Shown: piece by piece, positions 11,444-22,864 of the stretch
Layout of the letters: each line of letters starts with the position of its first letter
How positions within the stretch are numbered: the first letter of the stretch is position 1
Source of the DNA: Azolla caroliniana
Lineage: Eukaryota; Plantae; Polypodiophyta
DNA: 64,000 bases
NCBI GenBank assembly: GCA_043228905.1
Contig: JBHGNT010000011.1
Coordinates: 15,500,001-15,564,000, forward strand
Direction: 5' to 3'
The notes under the pieces: model-generated
Told to the model about the DNA's origin: nothing
The model's input: the letters and a program-made list of their open reading frames with translations, nothing else
The model's database searches: none
Position numbers and translations under genes: made by a program

Positions 11444-14187
11444 TTACGGAGAATCACTACTATAACTAATATACAATGACGATTCCTCCTCCTCCTCCTC
11501 CTCGGATGTACCAATCAGTGCATTATCTTCGTCATAAACCAAATGGTTTGACTCTAGATTATATGTAGCAAATCTCGTTTGCCTTTGACTCGAGCCACCT
11601 TGTAGACCTGGTAATTTTTCTTTTATTATATCTATTGTTGACTTCCTTAATCGTCCGGCTTTTGTAAGTGTGAAGTCGTACACGATGATATCCACATCAG
11701 AGATATCAAGGGTCGAGGTGTTATGAATGTTTCGCTTCCTCTTCCTACCTCCCCTTCTTGTTGGGCATTCAATCATCTCCAATGTATACTTACCTGTAAA
11801 AGCATTTGCACTTCTAGTGTTGTACCAATGAACATTTATAGACTTGATCGTGTTTTCTATTTCATGCATTAGCACTTCTAGAATTTTACCAACCCAAAAT
11901 TGGTGGCCATGTGAGTTCTCATCAGCCGGCGTTGCAATCAACATCCCCGCGGTGAGCTCTTGCAAATTGCCTTGCCATCTAGCTTCGGCTGCTTTGGTCA
12001 TCCTTGGTCCCACATAAATGTCTCTTTGTTGTGGATGGACTAAGTTGTCATTAATCGCATTTACTAGTTGCTCCGGAGTTCTATTTACGCGATCATGTTG
12101 TAGTGACCATGTGAATGGCGTTTCCAAATTCCAATTATCAACAGATACACAATTGTCTATAATTTCTTTCTGATCACTATAAAATACATCCCACCATGAC
12201 GTGTCTTGTTGTGCGGCATATTTCTTGGCGGCCTCAATATGCTTTCTTTTTTCTTCTAAGGCTTGGAGCCATGACCGTTTTTGTTCTGATACCAAGTCGC
12301 TCTGCAACTGTCCTTTCTTCTCAATTGGCATTTGCTTAGCTCCATGGACAATTGTACTCGGCATACAAAGTAATAACTGGCAACCACTTCAGGTTCCCAT
12401 GTTGTAGAAGATGAATATTGTTTAGCATACAAAAGTGTAGAACCACTTATTCCATTTTTCTTTATCATAAAAATGTGATTGAAACTTATATTGTTTAACT
12501 GAGCAAGCACTTTAACATTCCCACCACCCCCATCTAATATATATCTCTTAAAGTCATATACCTCCTTCAAGTGTAACACTTTTGGGCGTGGTGTATATGC
12601 ATCACAAATGACATCAAATAGTTTAGGTAAAGTGAAAGCATCATGCCGAGACAACTGTCTAGAGAATGTGCTAAACATTTGATCTATATGGTCATGTGTG
12701 TGGCCAACCAAAAGGAAATTGACTTTCACTTTCCTAAACAATTCTAGGTTGACCAACATACTTAGATAGCCAAATACAGTTGAATTTTTGTTCTCTCTAG
12801 CAGTATTGTCCAATTGAATGTATAGAACAGGGGGGAAAGGTTGGCCCCAAGACATCAAAACTCGGTGAATCACTGTAACTGTTAGGTTAGGGTCATTGTG
12901 AACATTGGGGTAAGTAATGAAGACGTGAGGTCGAACAGACCTATTATAAGCCAAGCATCCCACCAAGTGCATTTGAACAAGGCACTCATCATTGACATCT
13001 TTGGGGAGCCTCCGCATATGCGGCAAGCATGTCTTCTTCTGGTCCATGCCATCTATCATTAAGCACATGTATTGTTCGGGCCTCTTCAAACACTTCTCTC
13101 TATGATGCATCGCCTTCTTTCGTTCTAAGGATTGTGCCTCACGATGCTCTTGTAGTAACTTCTTACTCGTATCCTTTTCCATTGATGTCTTTGCACCTTT
13201 AGCCAAACTTTTAAGATTTGCACAAATGGAGCAATACCCCATACGTACTTTACGAGGAATAATAACATTTGAAAACCGAGCTCTCCATAATCTTGTGAAT
13301 TGGCTATAGGTGATAGACTTATTACGTGAGCCCATCATATCAGATCGATAGACATCATAAACTTCCCGACATGTATAATTATCAGAAAGGTGCATCCTAC
13401 CTGTAGTGGGCATTACTTCACAATTTAACTGAAAGTAAGTTTTCATCCAACCAATAGCATGTCTTCCAATTGCACCTTTCATACTTGGAACCTCTTTACA
13501 ATTGAGCATCTGTTCCCCGCTAAGTAGACGTTGTTGTACTCTATGTAGCCGCATGTTACAAACACATAACGCAATTTTGAATGCAACTCTACATATCTAT
13601 TGCGCATGGAAGATATAATACTCGAATGATACTTTGATCCCCGTACATTTGTCAGATACTAGTTGCATATGTGACCCGAGGTAAGTGTCTTGCTCATCAC
13701 CGGTCATCGAAAAATAGTATCGCCTTAATTCTCGCAACTTTGATTTTCCAATCATAGACATACAACCACGGGCACAACATATTTTTTTGACATCAAATCC
13801 AATCTGTTTATCTGATGTCACCAAGCTAAATCTAGCCAGACGAATTCTTCGTGGGATTCTTCTAATATGCATAGGGCTCCCAGATTTCTCTTCCTGCATA
13901 GAGGTTGGTGTAACCTTGTTACAATCTAATTCTCTGTTCTGACCATCGCCAATGTTATTCAATGTTTCCTGGGCACTACCTTCATTCTCCGTATCTTTAT
14001 TAATATCGTATTCTTCAAAAGAGAACTCTTCACATGTGTCATTATTTACATTCCCTGTAGATGAGCTCAGACAATATTCTTCGATAGAATATGGTGAGTC
14101 TGTCGACAGACAATATTCTTCAATCGAATATGGTGACTCTGTCGACAAACAATACTCTTCAGTAGAAAACGATGAGTCTGATGACAA
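11444..14187 (-). pseudogene. Sola1-like DDD/E transposase (~900 aa once repaired), one stop and one frameshift
   Basis: ORFs 13597-14187 and 12256-13554 share a frame and are separated by a single TAG. A frameshift near 12385 joins 11444-12364. RNase H-like motifs CLMIDGMDQ, LYIQLDNTARENKN and FLLVGHTHDHIDQMFS; Cys motifs ICCARGC, ICRVAF and CSIC. True start not found. Confidence 0.8.
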
Positions 14188-14277
14188 ACAATATTCTTCA
14201 ATCGAGAACGGTGAATCTAAACATAAACTTCTCTCTAAACATATACTCCTCTCTAAACATAAACTTCTCTCTAAACA
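14063..14277 (-). repeat. In-frame tandem repeats at the transposase 5' end (4 x 39 bp, ~3 x 18 bp)
   Basis: The 39-bp units encode variants of DSPYSIEEYCLST. The 18-bp units read TGTTTAGAGAG(A/G)AGT(T/A)TA. Confidence 0.85.
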
Positions 14278-14459
14278 AAAGCCAAATCAATAGAATGTCT
14301 ATATTATGTAATATTCTATTAATACAATACATAAAAATTTATTTTTAATAAAGTAATTGTATTTAAAATATCAATTATTATATAAACTACATCCATATGA
14401 AGTTAAATCAAGTATAATATAAATCTAATCATTAACAAGCCATGAATATGTTGGATTAA

Positions 14460-14872
14460 TGTTAAAATCATTGGCTAATTAATGGCACCCATTTTGATAT
14501 AGAACCTCTCACTCATTGGTTCTTTAATGCTCACCATTTTAAATATTAGACTTATCAATCATTGGTTAATTCATGCCCACATCTTTAATACACAACATTT
14601 GAGAGTCATACAAATTGTTGCTTTTAGTAATCAATCATTGGTACATTCATGAACCTCAATCATTGTCTCCTTCATGACCTTTGAAGTCATTGTAGGTTGT
14701 TATGACTATAAAAGATTGATCAATATGTTAGTTTGACTTTGTAATCATTAATGCAATCATAAGTTACTCTAGTTAATGTGACTGTGGTTACCAACTAAAT
14801 ATCCTCAAACTTACCAACCTTGGTTAAGGTGACTATGGTTACTTTAACTAATGTGGTCAATCCCTATAAATA
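14460..14872. promoter_or_regulatory. Putative bidirectional promoter of the transposon (CCAAT-like repeats, TATA box)
   Basis: TCATTGG (CCAATGA on minus) at 14468, 14513, 14559 and 14635; the first three sit in ~45-bp degenerate units. TATAAATA at 14865-14872 precedes the cargo gene 5' UTR. Confidence 0.5.
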
Positions 14873-15015
14873 GGAAGACCTCGTCATATTTCACTCACAA
14901 GAGCGTACAGAGCGTACAGAGCACACAGAACATACAGAGCACACAAAGCACACAAAGCACACAGAGCACAAAGCACCAAAGCGCGATCTCCGCCTCCACT
15001 GCCACACGATCAACC

Positions 15016-18000
15016 ATGTCTTCAAAGAGAATCGAGCGCGAGGACTCCAGGTAGGCCTTTGACACTGTGGACATTTTTGTAAATATGTTTCGTCACTCAA
15101 GAACTCGATACGCCGTATCGAGTTCCTGCATACAATACAAACTTTATACAGGAACTCGATACAGCGTATCGAGTTCATAATTTGTTTTTGCTTTTTAAAC
15201 AGGAACTCGATACAGCGTATCGAGTTCATAATTTGTTTTTGCTTTTTAAACAGGAACTCGATACGCCATATCGAGTTCCTGTTTAAAACCTACACTTTAA
15301 ACACGAACTCGATACGCCATATCGAGTTCCTATTTAAAAAGCAAAGAAAGCACAGGAACTCGATACGCCGTATCGAGTTCCTGTATAAAAGAAGGCTCTG
15401 AAAGAGAAACATTGTGTTTTTGGGGTAACAATTAATTATTGTGTAGAAAAGATATCAAATTGTCTGTCAAAATCAGTCTTTTTTATGTTGACTTGCCTTA
15501 CTTTTTAAAAAAAACATGCCCTAATTATAGGTGTTTTATGACCTACTATAGCTTAAAATAGTAGAAAATGATCCACAAATTGCCTTTACGATAGCAAATT
15601 CTCCTCAATATAGGTTTGGAATCTATATAAGTCATACCTACTCTTTAAAAGAATATATAACCCTATTTACTTATTACGATATATATTTTCTAGTTTGAAT
15701 AGCCCTGCCTAGAATAGATTTTTGAATATAGGATTACCATGTACTCTGAATGCATGATTGATATTTTCACTTCACCACTAATCGCCTGCTAGTGAGAACT
15801 GTTCTTCATCTTCATATTTATATTTTAATATACAACCTTAATCTACGTGACCATCTAACTTATGTTTTTGCATATACTTTCTTAAATAGGTCGTTTGAGA
15901 ACCTGTCGGACCGACCCGTGAAGAAAATAAAGCTTCGCATACAGGGTTCTCCAATCGAAGCCCAGACCAAGGTAGCTCCTGAGACTATGAAGAGAGGAAA
16001 AAAGCTTCTCTTCAACGAAGAGACAAAATCTCAGCCACATATTGATGTTAGCCAAAAGAAACTTGTCGCCTTCCTGACCGTGATCTAACGGACAAGGAAT
16101 GGTGTATGCAATATGTCGACTCAAAGAAAAAAGTCATATTGTATACATCAAAGAAGAAGGGGGAGGGGCATCTTGGAAAGGAAACCCCATTTATGTATGG
16201 CCGTATTCTACGATTTGACTACGAAGATGCAGATTCGGCCAACATACTGGTAATGATAGAGTGCTCCAAGGGGGTACGTAAAGTGTTCCTTTCAGAAGAC
16301 CTTTTAGTAAAGGAATCTTGTGGGCCAGAAGCGTTCAAAAAAGATCTTGAAAGCTCACAAAACCTTATTGTTACCTTGAGGCCTTATATACAAGGCCATG
16401 TAACTCTAAGAGATGAAGTGCCCTCCCCATTGAAGGCCACAAAAAGGGTATCCAAAGTCCAATCAAGACCACCAAAGAAGAAGACAACCAAAATGTCGGA
16501 CACCGATTCAATAAGTGAAAACGAAGAGGAGGATAATAAGGGGACGCCAGGAGCTGAGCTGGCATCGGGTGTTTTGTCATCCGAGCAGAATAAGATAAGG
16601 AGAGAATTAATGCAACAGAAACTGGTCAGGAAAGGGCAAGTGTTTAATTTGCCTATAACACACATCCATCGGCCCCCTATTGATGAAAAAACAGGTCGAC
16701 GACCACTTGAGATTAGAGAGCCACACCGCATGCATGTTCAAAATCTCAAGAAAAAAATGAAAATTAATCCTCATGCCACTGTGGTGCCTTTTATTGTTAT
16801 GGTAGATCCTGAAGAATGTGAAACCATTGAAGATTTTGATATTAGAAAGCATGATCAATATAATTATTTTGTCATTGGTGGATCGCATTCAACAGAGGCA
16901 CGTCGGCAACTTGTGAGAGAACATCCAACGACTTTCTTCTTCAAGTATGCCAAGTGCAAAATTTATGTTGGGCTCACAACCGAAGAGGCTAAGTTGTTGG
17001 CATGGGACCATAATAATGATAATGACTATAGGCAGAAAATGTCGTCCATTGAGCGTATACGGTTCTTCCACCACGAGTATTTAGACGTGAAACAAAAGTT
17101 TGGTGTGAAGTTACATCCAGGCCTACGACGTCAATGTCTGCATGAAGTCGGCATTGTGGTAGATGATAATGTTAAGTCCGATGGTCTTCGAAAATATGAG
17201 TCTTGGTTTCAATTGGCGTTTAGAGATGGAGAAGTATGGGACCTACAAGATCAAATTTTCTCAATGTGGGAGAATAAGGAGGTAAAGGGTCAACGACAAA
17301 AGAAATGTAAGGTTGACCCTCAACTAGAGTTAAAGTCACAAGCCGCCAAGAAAATTGATTTGACAATTGAAGAAGCGGCAGACGACATGAAGCTGTCTCT
17401 GTGGAGAGCGATGCAAGGTATTAAGGACGAGCAACTTCTTGTGTCTGTTTTGTCAAGGGTTGTGGCGAAAGATTTAAGCCTTGAAGAAATGGTCACTGAG
17501 TTCAATAAGTAAGTCTTTCAAATACTGAAATTGTAGTCTATCTGGTGTAATTCAAAGTTCTAATCTTGATTTCTAATTTTACAGTCATAAGGTGTACATG
17601 AAGATCCAAGAAGTTATGATGAAACAACTTGGATGTATAACTTGGGAACAAGTGACCGAGGATTATCCTCTAACGTCTTCATATAAGGCGTTATCAGAGT
17701 ATTTTATTGCATTCAAGGATTGGGTTAGTATTGATGGTTTTTCATTACCCTTTCATCATATGTAGAGCTTGTATAATAATACCTGATGTCCTATTGCTTC
17801 TATTAGAAACCGTGTCGAGGCAAGAAACAAGGAGAAGTTAAGGATATACACGATTTCCCTACATCCTTCCTTGCACATCTCGAGCGAGCCAGAAAAGAAA
17901 AGGATCGTCGCTTAGTCAAGGCGTACGAAATGGAGGAAGATGGCTTCTTTAAAAAATTTAGCCACAAAAAAGATATTACGAGAGATCTTTACTACAATGT

Positions 18001-19097
18001 GGTTTGCGGTGATGTCGTCAACTTGATCCAAAAGGTGCCAAAGAAGGAATATACGTTAATGATTGCGGATATTCCTTACGGATTTCGAATGACTGGGTCA
18101 TCATACGACGATGAACCGTTTAGGTTTAAACAATTAGAGAAGATGGTCAAGGATTTCGCTGAGCTAATGACTGCATCCTTGTGGCGAATAATTGTCTTTC
18201 ATAGTATGGACCAAGGGTACTCGGTAGCTCAAGCTTTGAGATCTCGTTGCCATGGCATTGAGAACCTTGCATGGTAAGGATTATTTATAGGTGTCTTTCA
18301 CTATATTGCATTTCTTAAGGTTGTTCAATCTATTCTTAACTCGATGTATTATTTTTTATAGGATCAAGACCAATGTAAATAGAGGGCCAACTTTTCGGTT
18401 CGTTAATGCCATTGAATACATAACGGTTGGTTACTTCGATGAAATTAAGAAACAGAGAATCAAGGAGCATTCTAATGAAGTGGGAGGTTCAAATCTGTTA
18501 ATATATCCAGCAGTGACACGGAAATTGCGACATGTCACCACGACAGAACGGGGACTTGTCAACCCATACCAAAAACCTCAACGACTTATGATGCGCTTGA
18601 TCGAGATGTTTTCTGTCGAAGGAGACTGGATATTAGATCTCTTTTCTGGCACAGGTATTCCTCGAACTAGGGTAACGATCTTGAGATAACCAATCCCTTT
18701 TTTTTTCGTTTGACAACTAAATCTTCTTGTTACTTACATCATAGGAACGACGTCTACATGTGCATTGAAGCTTTTTAGAAATACAATTGCATTGGAGAAG
18801 GATGAGGACCAAGTTATATTTATTAATATGCGGATTAAGGCTTTGTGGGAGTGCCCAGACCAGGATGAGGAGGTCGGTGCAAAGAACCTTGCTAATACAG
18901 AAAGGTTTCAACCTGCTTCGCGAGAGCCTATTCCTCCGTTAGCCGACGAACCGGGGGAGCTAATAGAGCTTGATGATGAGTTTATAGAAGATATTTCGTT
19001 GGCTCGGCTAACAGGGGAAACCAATGCACGTATAGCCAAAGACAGTTCTACACAAGATGACGAAGAAAATGACGTTGATGGATTGATTGCTATGTAA
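15016..19097 (+). CDS. Transposon cargo: ParB/Srx-like domain fused to a beta-class N6-adenine/N4-cytosine DNA methyltransferase (~968 aa, 6 exons, one frameshift near 16050)
   Basis: Exons 15016-15050, 15890-17508, 17585-17723, 17807-18273, 18362-18654 and 18745-19097 are all GT-AG and phase compatible. ParB-like segment: IREPHRMHVQNLKKKM...YFVIGGSHSTEARRQL...EEAKLLAWDHN. MTase segment: VCGDVVNLI, LMIADIPYG (motif IV), LAWIKTN, AIEYI, NPYQKPQRLMMRLIEMFS, WILDLFSGTGTT (motif I), RNTIALEKD. Confidence 0.85.
15101..15380. repeat. Array of six 25-bp palindromes GAACTCGATAC-nnn-GTATCGAGTTC at a 51-bp period
   Basis: Copies start at 15101, 15152, 15203, 15254, 15305 and 15356, with 26-bp AT-rich spacers. 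The array lies in intron 1 of the cargo gene. Confidence 0.95.
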
Positions 19098-19490
19098 TAG
19101 ACTCTATGAAGAAAATGACACTGACGATTTGTTAGGATTTCACATTATTAATACAAATTCTGGGTTTTACCTAGTGGATTCTATTCTTTATAATCTTCTA
19201 TATGTTTCAATTTTATTTTTATATACTTGGTTAGTAGATTTATGACATTGGTTTCACCGCGTGCATAGCTGACTACCAAATTTATGGAGAAACATGAATT
19301 AGTTTAAATTGAGGCTGATTTTGGTCCAAGCTAACCTTAACAGAACATGGCCCTATAATTGTTGCCATGACTGTCCATGTTGTTATTATGGATTTTTGTC
19401 TTCTATTGTTAAAACTATTATGTTTCTATTCCATTGCTGCTTAGATTGTGTAGTGTGTTGATAATGGTTCCAGTTGCGTTATCGTTGGGA

Positions 19491-19759
19491 GTTTGATCAT
19501 GTGTGAATCACCTAAGCAATAGAGTAGATCAATTTTAAATACAGGTATGAAAGCCTAATAGGTTTGTTATTTCCATGACATTATCCTAAAGTTCACTGCC
19601 TTACATTGTCCACAATTATATATATATGGTTTGATCCCATATGAACAAACTGAGGAATAGATTAGATCAACTTTAAATACAAGTATTGAATACTTTAATA
19701 AGTTAGTTATTCCAATCACTTATCCTAATGTGCACTATCCTACATTTTCCACAATTACA
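19491..19759. repeat. Degenerate subterminal tandem repeat (2 x ~138 bp) inside the transposon
   Basis: GTTTGATC...TAGATCAA.TTTAAATACA...TTATCCTAA...TCCACAATTA occurs starting at 19491 and at 19629. Confidence 0.75.
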
Positions 19760-20147
19760 TACATGCACGTATGGGTCAAAGTATAAATTATAACTCATTT
19801 TATTAGTATGGATACAAGTACACCTGATATTTTTGTAAAACTTACCTAATTAATATAAGTCTTTAAGTTAGTGTTTCCCTTGTCGCACAGTAGTGACATA
19901 TTGAGCCATAGTTGAACTTTATTATGCCTACATTAACTTATCAACGTGTCTAAACTTGCATGATTTCTAATGATCTCCACTCGTAGATCTATCATGTATT
20001 TTTATATTTGCAAACTCTCATCAAGTTGAGGAACATGTGATACTAGTGCATCCAATTTTTGTAGAGAGGGTGTATTTGCTTCGTTTTAAGAAGTTTCTAC
20101 AAGTGGAATGCGCAATCCTTCCACTTGTGAATGCGAACGTGTTTATT

Positions 20148-22639
20148 GGGAACTCTACCATATGCTCATGAGTAGCGATTGCGCCACGGCATGGAAGAGA
20201 CTACGGGAGCCAAGACCACAAACACCCATCGAAGATCCCGAAACTTGGCACACATATACAGAGAGACTTTACCAAATCCCAAACCAACCACCCATTCCAA
20301 TGCCTTCCACACCCCGGCCTACCACGTGGACACTTTTCACGACCTCTAGGGTCGTGAAGGTCATAAAGAAATTACAACATAGGAAGTCCATGGACCACAC
20401 AAGATTGCGAGCAGAACACACTATATATGCGAGAGAGTGCCTAGCTCCCTTGCTAACTCTAATCTTCAATCATGCCCTTGTGGAGGGTTTTCCACCACAG
20501 TGGACTATGAATACAGTGGCCCCCATACATAAAGGGGGGGACCCCATGGACCCAAATACATATAGGACCATTATGATAGGCCATACCCTTGCTAAGTTAT
20601 ATGGTGCAGTAATGGAAGCAGAGCTTAGCGATTATATGGAGACCCTAAACCTTCGTGCACCTGAACAAGCTAGCTTTAGACGAGCCTTCTCCACTATTGA
20701 TCATATCTTCACACTTAAATGCCTAATTGACCAAACTAAGGCTCGCAAGAAGAAATTGTATTGTTGTTTTGTGGACTTCCGCAAAGCCTTTGACACAGTC
20801 CCTAGAGAGCGGTTGTTTGATAGACTTAAAAGCTTGAGGATACCAGATGATATGGTATGGGCCATCTACGCATTATATGAACAAGTGTTCGGGTGTGTCT
20901 GATGCCCAGGTGGCCTTTCTAATCGTTTCACTAGCACTATTGGTGTAAAACAAGGTTGCCCCCTATCACCGATGCTTTTTGGGATCTACATTGATGAGAT
21001 CACATATTTTATTGCTCGTGAGGGAGGCACCGGAGTGGTCCTTGGGGATACGGAGGTTCGTATCTTGCTCTATGCGGATGACATAGTTTTGCTCTCTGAA
21101 TCCGAACATGACCTACAAAGGCACCTTAATGCCTTAGATGAATTTTGTGTACAACGAGGATTGGTAGTGAATCTAGGGAAAACGGAAGTCCTTATCTTCC
21201 ACACATCGGCCCAAGTTAGAGCTAAGTGTCACCTAACTATCTCCCATAGCCCAGTCGAGGTGGTTGGATCATACGTCTATCTCGGAGTCACTTTTAGTGC
21301 CCGCTCAAGTAAATTTTCGATGACACAGGCAACGAAGGATAGACTCACGAGAGGACATGCATCCCTCTCACTCCTAGAGAGACAATGCCACCACGCACAC
21401 TTTCAAGAGCCACGGACTAAAGGGTGGCTCTTTGACTCATTAGTGACCCCCTCCCTCATGTATGCATCAGCGGTTTGGGCTCCATGATTACCATCTTTCA
21501 TGTGGACGCAATTAGAGAGACCATTTGTGATGATGCTATCACACCAACTCCGAAGCAAATCGATTGTACCACATGACATTATTAGGGCTAAGTTCACGTT
21601 ACCCCCAATGTTAGTAGAGGCACTTTTTCAACTTGTAGTCTTCATTCACAGGATACATAGTCAACCACACGATAGAATATCTCATCAAGCCTTTAAGGCC
21701 TCTCGATCATTGTATGAGTCCGGCTATACTAGCTCATGGTATGGCATGATGGTGAGTTGGCTTCTTGCGAATGGTCTAGACATTAATAACCTACCTCCCC
21801 TTAGGTACAACCACACGAGTGATAACACTTTAATCTCTCATGAGGACCACAATAAAGTAATACGCCAAGAAATATGGCAAATTTACACTCGGTGTAAATG
21901 GATCACCCCACTAGAGCCACTCCCATCTAAAATGTTGTACTATAAGAAACACTTCATGCACTTCTCTGAGTTAGGTTTTATCATGCGGCCAAAATATCTA
22001 GATGTATTCTTACCACATGCACTAAGGGTTGCCATTGGACAACTTAGAATATCATCTCACCAACTTGAGATTGAGAATGGCCGTACTAGTGGAGTCCCTA
22101 GGGAGGAAAGGATATGTAGGTTATGTCACATAGAGATAGAGGATGAGTACCACTTTACATGCAAGTGTCCAACCTATGCCGAGATAAGGGCAAAATACCA
22201 AGGCATACTTGGTTCGTCTCCCACCCTCCCCAAACCATTAGATACTCTAGATATAAAGAAATTAGGCAAATACATTCTAGAGCTAAAACAACACAGAGAG
22301 AATAAGTTACAAAATGTTGACAATAATGTTGCTAATGATCACGAACATGTAACAAATGAAGTTTTTCAGGAACAGGGGGAGACAACGAATGTTGACACAC
22401 TTGCACCACTCGGCCTTTCCATTGATGAGGCAAAAAACCAGAGAAGAACCAGATGTCCTCGGGTGTCGGGTTTCAAAGCAACTCGACGTGATGTGGAAGC
22501 AATATTGAAAATAAGGGAACGTGAGCTACACCGCCTAGAAGCCATGGCTAGGGCACTCTCTACATTGGAACCACGAGTCACACCCACATCAAGACCCTTT
22601 GATCCCCCATTTCTTTTCGAGAGGCTTGGGTGTAAATAA
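20148..22639 (+). pseudogene. LINE ORF2 3' part (reverse transcriptase and C-terminal Cys/His motif)
   Basis: Motifs YRTI, EQASFR, FVDFRKAFDTV, GVKQGCPLSP, LYADD and YVYLG. In-frame TGA stops at 20900 and 21485. Confidence 0.9.
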
Positions 22640-22828
22640 AATTAGGCTTAGTGTATAGTCACTTTCGAGTATACTACGTATTGTACACTACTAGAACTCT
22701 TTTAGTTTAAGTTCTATTTTTTACTTAATTTTATTTTAGTTATGATGACTGGATAAATACTCTTTTGTTGTAAACCAATTGTCTCATGGGCCAAATTTGG
22801 CCTTAGAAGATGTTAATATATCTTTCTT

Positions 22829-22864
<36 letters not shown>

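Larger units (their letters stand above)
11086..20143. mobile_element. 9,058-bp TIR DNA transposon (Sola1-like) carrying a ParB-methyltransferase cargo gene
   Basis: 36-bp TIRs at 11086-11121 (AACACGTTCGTGTTCACAAGTGGAAGGATCGCGCAT) and 20108-20143, with 3 mismatches. TATT is duplicated at 11082-11085 and 20144-20147. Removing the element and one TATT restores the LINE ORF2 frame (...EASQYWELYHM...). Confidence 0.93.

Noticed and set aside
15101-15380. CRISPR array (palindromic repeats with constant-length spacers)
   Set aside because: The context is a eukaryotic intron with no cas genes. Spacers are related to each other (two identical, one similar in reverse complement) rather than unique, and repeat orientation appears mixed.
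15016-19097. Bacterial contamination explaining the ParB-MTase
   Set aside because: Spliceosomal introns interrupt conserved motifs, and the gene lies inside a TIR/TSD-bounded element nested in a plant LINE.
11086-20143. CACTA, hAT, Mutator or Helitron assignment for the nested element
   Set aside because: The termini are AACAC, not CACTA/G. The TSD is 4 bp rather than 3, 8 or 9-11. There is no Rep/helicase, and the catalytic motifs fit Sola1-like transposases better.
20108-20147. ORF 20108-20902 starting at its listed ATG
   Set aside because: The first codons (MRNPSTCECERV) come from the transposon's right TIR. The LINE frame resumes only at the TSD.
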